A DNA stretch of 64,000 bases, from assembly GCA_965197395.1 (NCBI GenBank), contig CBDANB010000007.1:1222986-1286985 (forward strand), in the 5' to 3' direction. The stretch's first letter is position 1. Each line of letters opens with the position of its first letter. Both the position numbers and the translations under genes were made by a program. This document shows, piece by piece, positions 47,186 through 57,667 of the stretch. The notes under the pieces were generated by a model. It was not told where the DNA came from. It worked only from the letters and a program-made list of their open reading frames with translations, and made no database searches. Origin of the DNA: Vicinamibacterales bacterium. Its GTDB lineage: Bacteria > Acidobacteriota > Vicinamibacteria > Vicinamibacterales > UBA8438.

Positions 47186-48637
47186 CTAGTAGGATTTGGC
47201 GAAGGCGGCGTCGGTCTGACCCACCTGACCGCATTCAACGCAGGGGCCCGACGCTGCAGGTGACTCGAGCGGGATGTTGCGAATCGTTGCCTGGGTCTCG
47301 GCCTTGATCCGTTGTTCGCACCCCGCGTCGCCGCACCAGGGGGCGATGACGAAGCCCGGTCGACCATTGAGCGCTGCGCGAAAGTCCTCGCGTGCCGAGA
47401 CACGCACCGTGTGCTCGTCGCGGAACCGAACCGCCCGCTCGAAGAGCGCGTCCTGGATGGCGCCGAGCAACGCGTCGATCCGCGACGGGAGACCGTCCGT
47501 CGGCGTGGGCATCTTCTCGCGGGTGTCGCGGCGCACCAGCATGACCTGATTCTGCTCGATGTCCCTGGGGCCGATCTCCAGTCGGACCGGCACACCCCGG
47601 AGCTCCCATTCCGCGAATTTCCACCCTGGCGAGTACTCCTCCCGGTCGTCGAGCGAGACCCGCGTCCCGGCGTCGCGCAGGGACGACGCGATCTCCTGCG
47701 CCCGTGGCAACACGGTCTCGCGCCAGTTGCCGCGAGGAATGGGCACGATCACGACCTGAAACGGCGCGATACGTGGCGGCAGGATCAAACCGCTGTCGTC
47801 TCCGTGCGTCATGATGACGGCGCCAATCAGGCGCGTCGTCATGCCCCACGACGTTTGCCAGACATACTGCACCGATTTGTCGCGGGCCTGGAACTTGATG
47901 TCGAAGACCTTCGCAAAGTTCTGGCCGAGCTGGTGCGAGGTCCCAGCCTGCAGTGCCCGCCCATCGCCCATGAGCGCCTCGATTGAGTAGGTGTGCGCCG
48001 CGCCGGCAAACTTCTCACTCTCGGTCTTCCGTCCGTCGAGGACAGGCATGGCGAGCTCGCGTTCGGCGAAGTCCTTGTAGACCGCGAGCATGCGCAGCGC
48101 CTCTGTCTCGGCCTCGGCCTCGGTTTCATGCGCTGTGTGACCCTCTTGCCACAAGAACTCCGTGGTGCGCAGAAACAGCCGGGTAACCTTCTCCCACCGC
48201 ACCACATTGGCCCACTGGTTGATGAGAATCGGCAGATCGCGCCATGACTGGATCCACTTTGCGTACATCGTGCCAATGATGGCCTCCGAGGTCGGTCGCA
48301 CGACCAGTCGTTCCTCGAGGTCCTCGTCGCCGCCGCGCGTGACCCATGCCACCTGCGGCGCGAATCCCTCAACGTGCGCGGCCTCCTTCCGCAGCAGACT
48401 CTCGGGAATGAACAGGGGGAAGTACGCGTTGACGTGGCCAGTGGCCTTGAATCGCCGGTCGAGGTCCGCTTGCATCAACTCCCAGATCGCGTAGCCGTAG
48501 GGCCGGATCACCATGCTGCCCTTGACCGGCGAGTAGTCCGCGAGCTCGGCGCGGCGTATCACGTCTGTGTACCACCGCGAGAAGTCCTGCGACTGTGGCG
48601 TAATCTCGGTGACGAAGGATTGCTGTTTGGCTGTCAT
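47186..48637 (-). CDS. proS: proline--tRNA ligase (archaeal/eukaryote-like type)
   Basis: Internal ATG at 48637 of track ORF 47186..48757. FSRWYTDVIRRAELADYSPVKG is present, with class II motifs, a C-terminal Cys-containing domain and a terminal Tyr. Confidence 0.9.
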   Translation of the reverse strand: MTAKQQSFVTEITPQSQDFSRWYTDVIRRAELADYSPVKGSMVIRPYGYAIWELMQADLDRRFKATGHVNAYFPLFIPESLLRKEAAHVEGFAPQVAWVTRGGDEDLEERLVVRPTSEAIIGTMYAKWIQSWRDLPILINQWANVVRWEKVTRLFLRTTEFLWQEGHTAHETEAEAETEALRMLAVYKDFAERELAMPVLDGRKTESEKFAGAAHTYSIEALMGDGRALQAGTSHQLGQNFAKVFDIKFQARDKSVQYVWQTSWGMTTRLIGAVIMTHGDDSGLILPPRIAPFQVVIVPIPRGNWRETVLPRAQEIASSLRDAGTRVSLDDREEYSPGWKFAEWELRGVPVRLEIGPRDIEQNQVMLVRRDTREKMPTPTDGLPSRIDALLGAIQDALFERAVRFRDEHTVRVSAREDFRAALNGRPGFVIAPWCGDAGCEQRIKAETQATIRNIPLESPAASGPCVECGQVGQTDAAFAKSY

Positions 48638-48703
48638 CGCGTGCCTGTTGCGCGTCGTGCACAGTCTATAGCGTCGGGAGCGTAGTGCTATTCTGGGCAA
48701 ACG

Positions 48704-49789
48704 ATGAAACCCGTCCGCATCGACGTCGCGACGACGTCGCGCGCCTACCAGGTGCACGTCGGTGAGGGATTGCTCGCCAGGCTCGGGCCGCTGCTCGACA
48801 AGGCTGGCGTACGCGACCGCCGATTCCTTGTCTCAAGCCCCGCGATCTGGAGAGCCCACGGTCGAACCGTCGAACAGGCGGTCCGCGGGGCGCACACGAC
48901 GCTGGTGCCGGACGGCGAGCGGTCCAAGACCATGCAGACCGTCGCCAAGATTCATGACGCGCTCCTTCGCGCCGATGCCGACCGCGCCGCCACCGTGATT
49001 GCCGTCGGCGGCGGGGTCATCGGCGACATGGTCGGATTCGCCGCGGCGACGCTGCTCCGCGGCGTGTCGCTGGCACAGGTGCCAACGACCTTGTTGGCGC
49101 AGGTCGATAGCGCGATCGGTGGCAAAGTCGGCGTCAATCATGCACTCGGCAAGAATCTCATCGGGGCGTTCCATCAGCCGGTCGTCGTCGTGGCTGACCC
49201 CTTGGTCCTCCACACCTTGCCCCGACGCGAGTTTCGGGCAGGTCTGTACGAAGTCATCAAATACGGCATGATCGCCGACCGCGATCTGTTCGACCGGGTC
49301 AGCCGTGATCTGACAGCGCTGTTCGCCCGTGCGCCCGCAGCGCTCGTGCCGCTCATCGCCACGTCGTGCCGAATCAAGGCCCGGGTTGTGGCGACCGACG
49401 AACGGGAGCACGGGCATCGCCGCGTGCTCAATCTGGGACATACCGCTGGTCACGCGATCGAAACGGTCACGCGCTACCGGCGCTTTAGACACGGTGAGGC
49501 GATCGGCTACGGCATGCTGGCTGTCGCCGACATCGCGGTCGGGCGCGGGGTGCTCGCAGCATCCCAGCGGGACATGCTCACCACGTTGATCGCTCACTTG
49601 GGCCCGCTCCCGTCCGTGAGTGACCTGTCCGCCAAGGAAGTGGTCGCGGCCATGCGCCGGGACAAGAAGGTCGTGAAGGGACGGCTCCATGTCGTGCTGC
49701 CGACCAGCATCGGGACGACCCAGATCGTTGACGACGTCGCCGAGCGAGAATTCAGCCGGTCGCTACGAGCCATCGGACTGCGCGCGTGA
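48704..49789 (+). CDS. aroB: 3-dehydroquinate synthase
   Basis: 361 aa. AVGGGVIGDMVGFAAAT, VPTTLLAQVDSAIGGKVGVNH and LNLGHTAGHAIE motifs are present. Confidence 0.9.
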   Translation: MKPVRIDVATTSRAYQVHVGEGLLARLGPLLDKAGVRDRRFLVSSPAIWRAHGRTVEQAVRGAHTTLVPDGERSKTMQTVAKIHDALLRADADRAATVIAVGGGVIGDMVGFAAATLLRGVSLAQVPTTLLAQVDSAIGGKVGVNHALGKNLIGAFHQPVVVVADPLVLHTLPRREFRAGLYEVIKYGMIADRDLFDRVSRDLTALFARAPAALVPLIATSCRIKARVVATDEREHGHRRVLNLGHTAGHAIETVTRYRRFRHGEAIGYGMLAVADIAVGRGVLAASQRDMLTTLIAHLGPLPSVSDLSAKEVVAAMRRDKKVVKGRLHVVLPTSIGTTQIVDDVAEREFSRSLRAIGLRA

Positions 49790-49823
49790 GTCCAAACTCA
49801 GAGGGGGCTACACCCTAAAAGAC

Positions 49824-51227
<1,404 letters not shown>

Positions 51228-51321
51228 CGTCGGGAACGCACTGGCGGAATGCGTCCCCAGTGTAGCAGCCCGCGTAGACAGGCTCGCTGGCGTGACCAGG
51301 CGACAGCGCGGCGCTCCTCAC

Positions 51322-51975
51322 CTACCGCACGACACCCCAGGAGAGCAGTTGCACGTAGTCGCGAACCGGCGCGCCCGATGGCGGCTCCGCTGGGGCAACG
51401 CGGACGAGCGTCGCCTGGAGCGCACGATGCGCTCGCGCCGGGCCGAACGCCGCGGCATGCGCGACCACCGCGTCGTTGCTGTCGCGCTGCGGATCGCCGT
51501 CGGCGTCTGCGGCATCGTCCGCCACCCAGACGGCGAGCATCCACTCGGGGTACCCCGCCGGGACCGCGACGATGCCGCTCAGCGATCCGTGCGCAAACAG
51601 CCGCCAGGCGAGACCCCGGCCGGCGCCGTACTCTCCCGACCCGTCGCGCCGCAGTCGAGCTGTCTCGTCTGGCAGACTCAGCCGCGACCCATCTGCCAGG
51701 CGTGGCTGGAGCGACGTCCCCCAGAAGCGCGACCGGACCGCTCCACCGAGCACTCCGTGCCACGAGACCCTCGCCTGGTTCGACGCCAGCTCGGCCACGG
51801 TCCACTCGAGGGCCGCCTCGGCGGCATACAGCCCCTCAATCGCGCGTCGATGATTCGATGCCACCGACACCTCCGTTGACGCCAGGGGCACGAGCGCGCC
51901 CACGAGTGCCACGAGGACGAGGCAAGCCATCATCGTGACGAGCAGCGCCATCCCGTCGGTACGGGTCATTCTCAC
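51322..51975 (-). CDS. PilX/GspK-like minor pilin-family protein
   Basis: 217 aa. The N-terminal hydrophobic helix GMALLVTMMACLVLVALVGAL is followed by ...NHRRAIEGLYAAEAALE, which resembles the PilX N-terminal domain pattern. The start overlaps the upstream stop (ATGA). Confidence 0.6.
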   Translation of the reverse strand: MRMTRTDGMALLVTMMACLVLVALVGALVPLASTEVSVASNHRRAIEGLYAAEAALEWTVAELASNQARVSWHGVLGGAVRSRFWGTSLQPRLADGSRLSLPDETARLRRDGSGEYGAGRGLAWRLFAHGSLSGIVAVPAGYPEWMLAVWVADDAADADGDPQRDSNDAVVAHAAAFGPARAHRALQATLVRVAPAEPPSGAPVRDYVQLLSWGVVR

Positions 51976-53018
51976 CAGGTCGCCAGGCTCCGTGGGGAAA
52001 CATCGAAGCGGGTGGCGAGATCAGGAATCGCGTCCGGCCGGACGCGAGCGGCCGACGGCGGGACCAGAAGCGGCTCGCGGATACCGCGCCACGCGACCTC
52101 CGCGACGCGGAGACGCATCTCGACGCGCACCCGACGGATGCGGAACACGTCGACGTCGAATGGGGCACCTCCCCCGCACCAGGGACCATCCACAAAACGA
52201 TCCGGGGAGAGCGCGCGAACAGCCGGCGCGGGATCGCCCGGCGGCGCTGGGGAAGCGGCGCGGGCGAGGCACGGCGCCACGACGCGCTGGCGCACGGACG
52301 GAACCGTCGTCGCCGTCGGGAGCGGACCGCCAAAGTACTCGAACCCGATGTCCACCACGCCATCGATGAACGGCAGGTCTGTGGCCCATCCATCGTGAAC
52401 ACGAAGCTGCCCGCGCCGCCGGTCGAGGTAGTAGCTACGCACCCGGACCGGCACCACCCAGGCACCGGGCGGATAGGACGCCCCCGAACCACCACCGAGA
52501 TGCCGGAGCCACACCGTGTCACGACGGGCGCGCGTGACTCGGAACATGTCGGATCGGCCCGACTCGTCGAACACGAGGGCCATCAACCGAGCGTCCACCC
52601 CGCACCGCGGCGGCCGATGGCACCCGCGGCCTGGCATGAGGGTCACCCGTGCGCGCATGCCTCCACTTGGCACCGTCGTCGCGAGCCGCGCGCCAACGGC
52701 GCCGGGGATCGCATGGAGCGTCGTCACGGCTTCGTCGTTCGCCGTCGTTCTGACCACGGCACCTCGCCCAAGACGACCCGGCACAATCGGCGCGCGGAGC
52801 CATGTCAGCGCGTGCTCATGTTCGGTCCCGACGGTTGGCCCGCTGCCGGCCATGAGCAGCTCTCGATGCAGTTGCGAGCCGGCGGCGCGCAGTCGCTGGT
52901 GCATGTCCGCGGTCTGAGGGACCGAGACGATGGCCCCGTGCGCGGGGTTCAGCAACCCGAACACCATCCCGAGCAGCGTCAGCATGAGCGCGGCCGAGAT
53001 CAAGAGCTCCACTAACAT
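51972..53018 (-). CDS. PilW-like minor pilin-family protein lacking a recognisable prepilin leader
   Basis: 348 aa starting MLVELLISAALMLTLLGMVF, a pilin-type N-terminal helix. An in-frame TAG lies three codons upstream, so no G/F cleavage site can be encoded. Confidence 0.6.
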   Translation of the reverse strand: MLVELLISAALMLTLLGMVFGLLNPAHGAIVSVPQTADMHQRLRAAGSQLHRELLMAGSGPTVGTEHEHALTWLRAPIVPGRLGRGAVVRTTANDEAVTTLHAIPGAVGARLATTVPSGGMRARVTLMPGRGCHRPPRCGVDARLMALVFDESGRSDMFRVTRARRDTVWLRHLGGGSGASYPPGAWVVPVRVRSYYLDRRRGQLRVHDGWATDLPFIDGVVDIGFEYFGGPLPTATTVPSVRQRVVAPCLARAASPAPPGDPAPAVRALSPDRFVDGPWCGGGAPFDVDVFRIRRVRVEMRLRVAEVAWRGIREPLLVPPSAARVRPDAIPDLATRFDVSPRSLATW

Positions 53019-53087
53019 TCGGTTTGCCTAGTGTCCACGACCGCCGTCTTCAACGACACTGACTCCCTCCCGCACGTTCCCGCCGGT

Positions 53088-53654
53088 CTATCTGCGCGCG
53101 CGAAGTGTGGCAATCCATGCGACTCCAGGATCTGATGGCCTCAGCGGTCGCCCGGGCGCAACCGGTGCGGCGCCGACCGCGATGACAAGCACCTGGAGCG
53201 CCAGCACGTCGCCGGCGGGTGACGCCAGCGCGCCGACCGACCAGCGCCGAACGTAGGCGGTACCAGGTGGCGGCTCACGACCCGTGCCGAGCCATGCACC
53301 CCCGGTATCGAGGAAATCGACATACCCCGCCACGTTGGTGTCCAGTGCGGCGGCCGTGGCCGGGGCGTCGCGCAGCCCCCTCCCCCGGGCCGTGGGCGGG
53401 TCGGTCGCGAGATCCGTCGTCACGTCGGACCGCGGCCCGCCCGTACGCGGATCGAACGCCCACGTAAGCGATCGGAGCTCTTCGAGCTTCTGGACCGCCA
53501 GCAGCGTCGACGTGCTGTCCGCGCCACCCGCCCCGACCGCCGCCCGCGTCATCGACACGACGTGCGCGATTCCGGTCGCGAGCCCGATGAGCAGCGTGGC
53601 GGCAATCAGCGTTTCGAAGAGCGCGAAACCGTCGGGAGATGACCGATGCGGCAC
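53088..53654 (-). CDS. PilV-like minor pilin (prepilin-type N-terminal cleavage/methylation motif)
   Basis: 188 aa with a GTG start. The leader and motif are ...SSPDG|FALFETLIAATLLIGLA. Confidence 0.65.
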   Translation of the reverse strand: MPHRSSPDGFALFETLIAATLLIGLATGIAHVVSMTRAAVGAGGADSTSTLLAVQKLEELRSLTWAFDPRTGGPRSDVTTDLATDPPTARGRGLRDAPATAAALDTNVAGYVDFLDTGGAWLGTGREPPPGTAYVRRWSVGALASPAGDVLALQVLVIAVGAAPVAPGRPLRPSDPGVAWIATLRARR

Positions 53655-53829
53655 GAAGACCGGTCAGTGCAAGGCGCGGGCCGACAGGAGACGGTGCTCG
53701 CAACCCAAGCAAGGGGGGATCGACCGACTCGCGACGGCAGAACGTACCTCGTCGTGACCCGCGGGCCGCTGCAGGAACTGCCACGCCGCGCGTGGTCTCG
53801 CGCTCGGCGCTGATGCGCCGGCGGGGGCG

Positions 53830-55104
53830 TCACGTGGCCGGCGTGAGCGGGAGGACGATGTCCATCCTGGCGCCCCCCGAGTCGGCGGTACCCGCTGTGA
53901 CCCGACCGTTGTGCGTGACGACGATCTTCTGCGTCAGCGCGAGCCCGAGGCCGGTGCCTGAGGACTTCGTCGTGAAGAACGGGCGGAAGATGCGCTCGCG
54001 TGCATCCGCGGCAATGCCTGGACCGTTGTCGGTGACCGTGACCCGGACCTCACCATGCTCGCGATCCACGGTGCCGATGAGACGGATCTGTGGCGCGACC
54101 TGAGCGTCGGCACACGCGTCGACAGCATTGCGGCACAAGTTGCTGAGCGCTTGCCGCAGCAGCACGTCATCACCTTCGACATCGGCAAGCTCGCCGCTGA
54201 GCACGACCGAGCCGCCGCGCCGCGTCACGTCACCCCGGACCTCGTCGGCGGCCCGCTCGGCCAGCTTCGCCATGCTCACCGTCGTCAGGCTGAGCTCCGC
54301 GGGCCGGGCGAACGCCAGGAAGTTGTCGACGACCTCGCGGAGAGCGACGGTCTCCTGCCGGATACCTTCGACATACGGCTTGTAATCGGACCGAAGCTTG
54401 CCGGGATCAATCAAGCGGGCGTACCCGTGGATGGTGGCCAGACCGTTGCGGAACTCATGCGCGATGCCGGCGGTGAGCTCGCCGACCCTGGCGAGGCTGT
54501 CTTGCAACCGAACGCGCTCCTCGAGCTCCATGACCGCACTCAGGTCGGTGAACAGGCAGATCGCGCCCAAGAGCTGACCGCCGTCGTCCAGCATCGGCGA
54601 GATCGAGACGCCGAGATGCGTCGCGCGGCCCGGACCTGCCGCGGCGTCGAGCTTCAGGGTGCGGCGCCCGATGGGTTGGCGCGTGGCGAGGCACTGCTCC
54701 AGGGCGCCGGTGAGCGGACTCGCGACGGGCGCGAGCAGCTCTCGAAACGACCCGTCAGCGTCACGTGTGAGCCCGAGAAGACGCCGACCGGCCGGATTCA
54801 AGATATGCACGTCGCCGCCGACGTCGACCACCAGCAGTCCAGACGCGAGGCTCGCGATAATCTGCTCGCTCAACCGCTCCGAGGCCACCGCCCGCTCCTC
54901 GGTGGCCCGCTCTTGCTTCCGGAGCCGCGCAACCGCCTGCTCGAGGGCGGTCGTGAGAAAGGTGGTTTCGGATCCCGCGTCGCGTTGCCGCCGATTCGCG
55001 GCGCGCGTCGCCAGACCCAGGCGGAGCACCGAGAACAACAGCACCCCGCTCAGCGCGGTGACGATGAGCAAGAAGACGAGCAGGAGAGGATTGGATTGGG
55101 CCAC
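53830..55104 (-). CDS. pilS: sensor histidine kinase (PilS/NtrB-like: TM, PAS-like, HisKA, HATPase_c)
   Basis: The GTG at 55104 lies 10 nt after the pilD stop and is preceded by GAAGG; the track ORF extends to 55224. The H-box is IAHEFRNGLATIHGY, and N and G boxes (DNGPGI, GTGLGLAL) are present. The symbol is assigned by context. Confidence 0.8.
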   Translation of the reverse strand: MAQSNPLLLVFLLIVTALSGVLLFSVLRLGLATRAANRRQRDAGSETTFLTTALEQAVARLRKQERATEERAVASERLSEQIIASLASGLLVVDVGGDVHILNPAGRRLLGLTRDADGSFRELLAPVASPLTGALEQCLATRQPIGRRTLKLDAAAGPGRATHLGVSISPMLDDGGQLLGAICLFTDLSAVMELEERVRLQDSLARVGELTAGIAHEFRNGLATIHGYARLIDPGKLRSDYKPYVEGIRQETVALREVVDNFLAFARPAELSLTTVSMAKLAERAADEVRGDVTRRGGSVVLSGELADVEGDDVLLRQALSNLCRNAVDACADAQVAPQIRLIGTVDREHGEVRVTVTDNGPGIAADARERIFRPFFTTKSSGTGLGLALTQKIVVTHNGRVTAGTADSGGARMDIVLPLTPAT

Positions 55105-55114
55105 CAGCGAACCT

Positions 55115-55882
55115 TCAGTAGAAGGATGCGTACCACACCACGAACGGCTCTCCCGCGACTGTGGCCACGATAGCGGCAATCGCCAGAAACGACCCGAGCG
55201 GTAACGCGTAGCGGGCGTCACCATGCCGGAGCGCCATGACGGCGAGACCAGCCAGCGAACCGAGCAGCGACGCGAGCAGGAGCGTCACCAGCATCAGCTG
55301 CCATCCCAGAAATGCCCCAATCATGCCCAGCATCTTGACGTCGCCCATGCCGAGGCCTTCTTCGCGCCGAATCCGGTAGTACGCCTCAGAGATCGCCAGG
55401 AGCGATCCCGCGCCCACCGCGACCCCGATCAGCGCATCGATCCAGCCCGGCTCGACGACGACGCTTGCCAGGAGACCGACGACAATCCCCGGGACCGTAA
55501 TCACGTTCGGGAGGATCCTGTGGCGCAGGTCGATGACGAAGAGCACCACCATAGCGCCGCTGAATGCCACCCGGGCGACGAGCAGCGGCTGCCATCCCAC
55601 ATGCCAGTACTGCAGCAGGAAGAGCGCGGCGGTCGCGACCTCCACGGCGGGATACATGAGCGAGATCGGCTCGCCGCAGGCCCGACACCGCCCGCGCAGC
55701 ACCACGTAGCCGAGCACCGGCACGTTGTCGAACCACCGGAGCGGGCGCCCGCAGGAGGGGCAGTGCGACGGCGGATTGACGATGGACCCCCCGCGGGGCA
55801 GCCGGTGGATGCAGACGTTGAGAAAGCTGCCAACGACGAGGCCGAACACGGCCAGCAGCGCGGCCCCCGTCGGCTCGCTCAT
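55115..55882 (-). CDS. pilD: prepilin peptidase (A24 family)
   Basis: 255 aa. GSFLNVCIHRLP...CPSCGRPLRWFDNVPVLGY...RGRCRACG are the zinc-ribbon Cys pairs. The catalytic Asp motifs include GMGDVKMLG. Confidence 0.9.
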   Translation of the reverse strand: MSEPTGAALLAVFGLVVGSFLNVCIHRLPRGGSIVNPPSHCPSCGRPLRWFDNVPVLGYVVLRGRCRACGEPISLMYPAVEVATAALFLLQYWHVGWQPLLVARVAFSGAMVVLFVIDLRHRILPNVITVPGIVVGLLASVVVEPGWIDALIGVAVGAGSLLAISEAYYRIRREEGLGMGDVKMLGMIGAFLGWQLMLVTLLLASLLGSLAGLAVMALRHGDARYALPLGSFLAIAAIVATVAGEPFVVWYASFY

Positions 55883-56850
55883 CGGGCCGTGGGACTTGGC
55901 GCTTGCGGATCGTCCGGCAGTGGAAACAGCGGCGATTGCGGCGAGACCGTCACCCGGCCGGTGCGCTGTAGCAGCAGATACTGGTGCCCGGCCGGGTCGA
56001 TCGGCAACCCGGTCAACGCACCAGCGGCGACGAGGTCCTCCCAGATCTCGGGGAGCCGCCCGGTGCGATCGCGGTATACCTCGATGACGCGCTCATACAG
56101 CTCGATCTGATCGAGCGCGTCGAGCTGGGCCAGGCGACGCTCGGCCTCGTTTCGGATCCAGTCATTGTCCGCCGACTCGAGCAGCTGCTGCCACAGCATT
56201 CGCGATGCGCTCCGATTGCCGCCCTCGGCCAGGGTATTGGCGGCGAGCGACTGGAGCCACCACGCCGCGCCGGGCACCTGACTGGCTCGCTCGAACCACC
56301 GCGCCGCCTCCTCGTAGTCGTGCAGCCACCAGTAGTAGACGAACCCAATGTCCTGCAGCAACTGCCACCGATCGGGCATGTTGGCGGCGCCCTTTTGAAG
56401 CAAGGCGACGGCTCGATCGGGGCGTCCCGGACCGTCGGGAAACGCCTCGGTGAGAAAAATGGCACCGAACCTGTAGGCGACGTTGAACCGGGGATCGAGG
56501 GTCGTCGTGATGTCGAGGAGGGGATATAGGAGGCTGTAGTCCTTCTCCGCATCTTCCGCCAGCCGGCCACGCCCATAGTTCTGAATCGCGCGAATCCAGT
56601 AGACGTCGGCCAGCAGCGTGTCGAACGACAACGCCATGCGTTGGAGGACGTTGCCCGACGGGACATACAAGATCTCGATGCGGGCACGCTCGGCGGCGTA
56701 CGTCCGATCGCGGACCAGCTGCACCGAGGTAAAGAGCGCGACGAGCACCCCAACGGCCACAAGGGCCGTGCCGGGACGGCCCCACCAGGCGGTGCGGCCG
56801 TCCACACTCCGACTCCCATCGCGGTTCACCGAGCCCTGGTCGCCGGTCAT
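55879..56850 (-). CDS. membrane-anchored helical-repeat (TPR-like) protein, unknown function
   Basis: Internal ATG at 56850 overlaps the permease stop (ATGA). It has one TM segment (ALVAVGVLVALFTSV) and W/Y-rich helical repeats (DVYWIRAIQNYG, FVYYWWLHDYEEAARWFERA). Confidence 0.6.
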   Translation of the reverse strand: MTGDQGSVNRDGSRSVDGRTAWWGRPGTALVAVGVLVALFTSVQLVRDRTYAAERARIEILYVPSGNVLQRMALSFDTLLADVYWIRAIQNYGRGRLAEDAEKDYSLLYPLLDITTTLDPRFNVAYRFGAIFLTEAFPDGPGRPDRAVALLQKGAANMPDRWQLLQDIGFVYYWWLHDYEEAARWFERASQVPGAAWWLQSLAANTLAEGGNRSASRMLWQQLLESADNDWIRNEAERRLAQLDALDQIELYERVIEVYRDRTGRLPEIWEDLVAAGALTGLPIDPAGHQYLLLQRTGRVTVSPQSPLFPLPDDPQAPSPTAR

Positions 56851-57653
56851 TTGAAATCTCGCCGAGTGAACACGAGCACCGCCAGCACCAGCAGCGCGGC
56901 GATGTACAGCAGTCCATAGCCGGTCGTCAACGCCATGTACTCGAACGTCACCGGCTGCGCATGGACCACCGCCGCCTTGACGTCGAACGGCGCAAAATTG
57001 GGGAGCACGTAATACAGGACACGCGCCAGATAGACCGCAGGCGCCGAGTCGACGACGTCCTGAAAATTTCGGAGGTCGGCGTTGAAATGCCCCACGACGT
57101 AGAGACCGAACGTCAGCACCGCCGACAGCATCGGGCTCGAGAACGTGGAGAAGAACACCGCCATCGCCGTCACGAGCATCAACTGGACGAAGATCAGGAA
57201 CACCGCTTTCATCAGCGCCGGGTCCATCGCCGGCGCCTCCCAGCTCCGCTTGAACTCTTCGGTCTCGATCCACGACATGTAGCCGAGCACGGCGTACATC
57301 GCCGCGACCATGACCGCCACGTTGATCGCCAGCGTCAGCACGAGGCCGGCGTATTTGCCGAGAACGAGCTCGTGGCGTCGGACCGGCTTCGACAGGATGG
57401 TGTAGATGCTCCGACGTTCCACCTCTTTGGCCACGAGGCCGATCCCGATGAACACCGCGATGAACAGGCCAAAGACGCTGGTCGCGCCGAGCGCCAGGTC
57501 CTTGATGATCTTGAGGTCCTGGCCCGCCGTGAGCTGGCCGATGAGATAGGAGGCCGAGATGAGGAGCACGGCGAACAGGACGAGGTTGTAGAGCACCTTG
57601 TCGCGAACGGAATCCCGGAATACGTGAACGGCGATCTTGGCGATGGCGCTCAT
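56847..57653 (-). CDS. ABC-2-type transporter permease
   Basis: Internal ATG at 57653 (MSAIAKIAVHVFRDSVRDKVLYN...). It has six predicted TM segments and lies immediately downstream of the ATPase. Confidence 0.8.
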   Translation of the reverse strand: MSAIAKIAVHVFRDSVRDKVLYNLVLFAVLLISASYLIGQLTAGQDLKIIKDLALGATSVFGLFIAVFIGIGLVAKEVERRSIYTILSKPVRRHELVLGKYAGLVLTLAINVAVMVAAMYAVLGYMSWIETEEFKRSWEAPAMDPALMKAVFLIFVQLMLVTAMAVFFSTFSSPMLSAVLTFGLYVVGHFNADLRNFQDVVDSAPAVYLARVLYYVLPNFAPFDVKAAVVHAQPVTFEYMALTTGYGLLYIAALLVLAVLVFTRRDFK

Positions 57654-57667
57654 GAGTGAGTCCGTAG

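Noticed and set aside
53668-53683. Sigma-54-like element on the minus strand upstream of the PilV-like gene (CGGCCC-GCGCC-TTGCA). A nearby TGGCAG-TTCCTGC at about 53776-53790 was also noted.
   Set aside because: The first has correct GG-N10-GC spacing but a weak -24 box. It would leave only about 5 nt of leader before the GTG start, with no room for an RBS. The second has the wrong spacing. Neither is convincing without TSS data.
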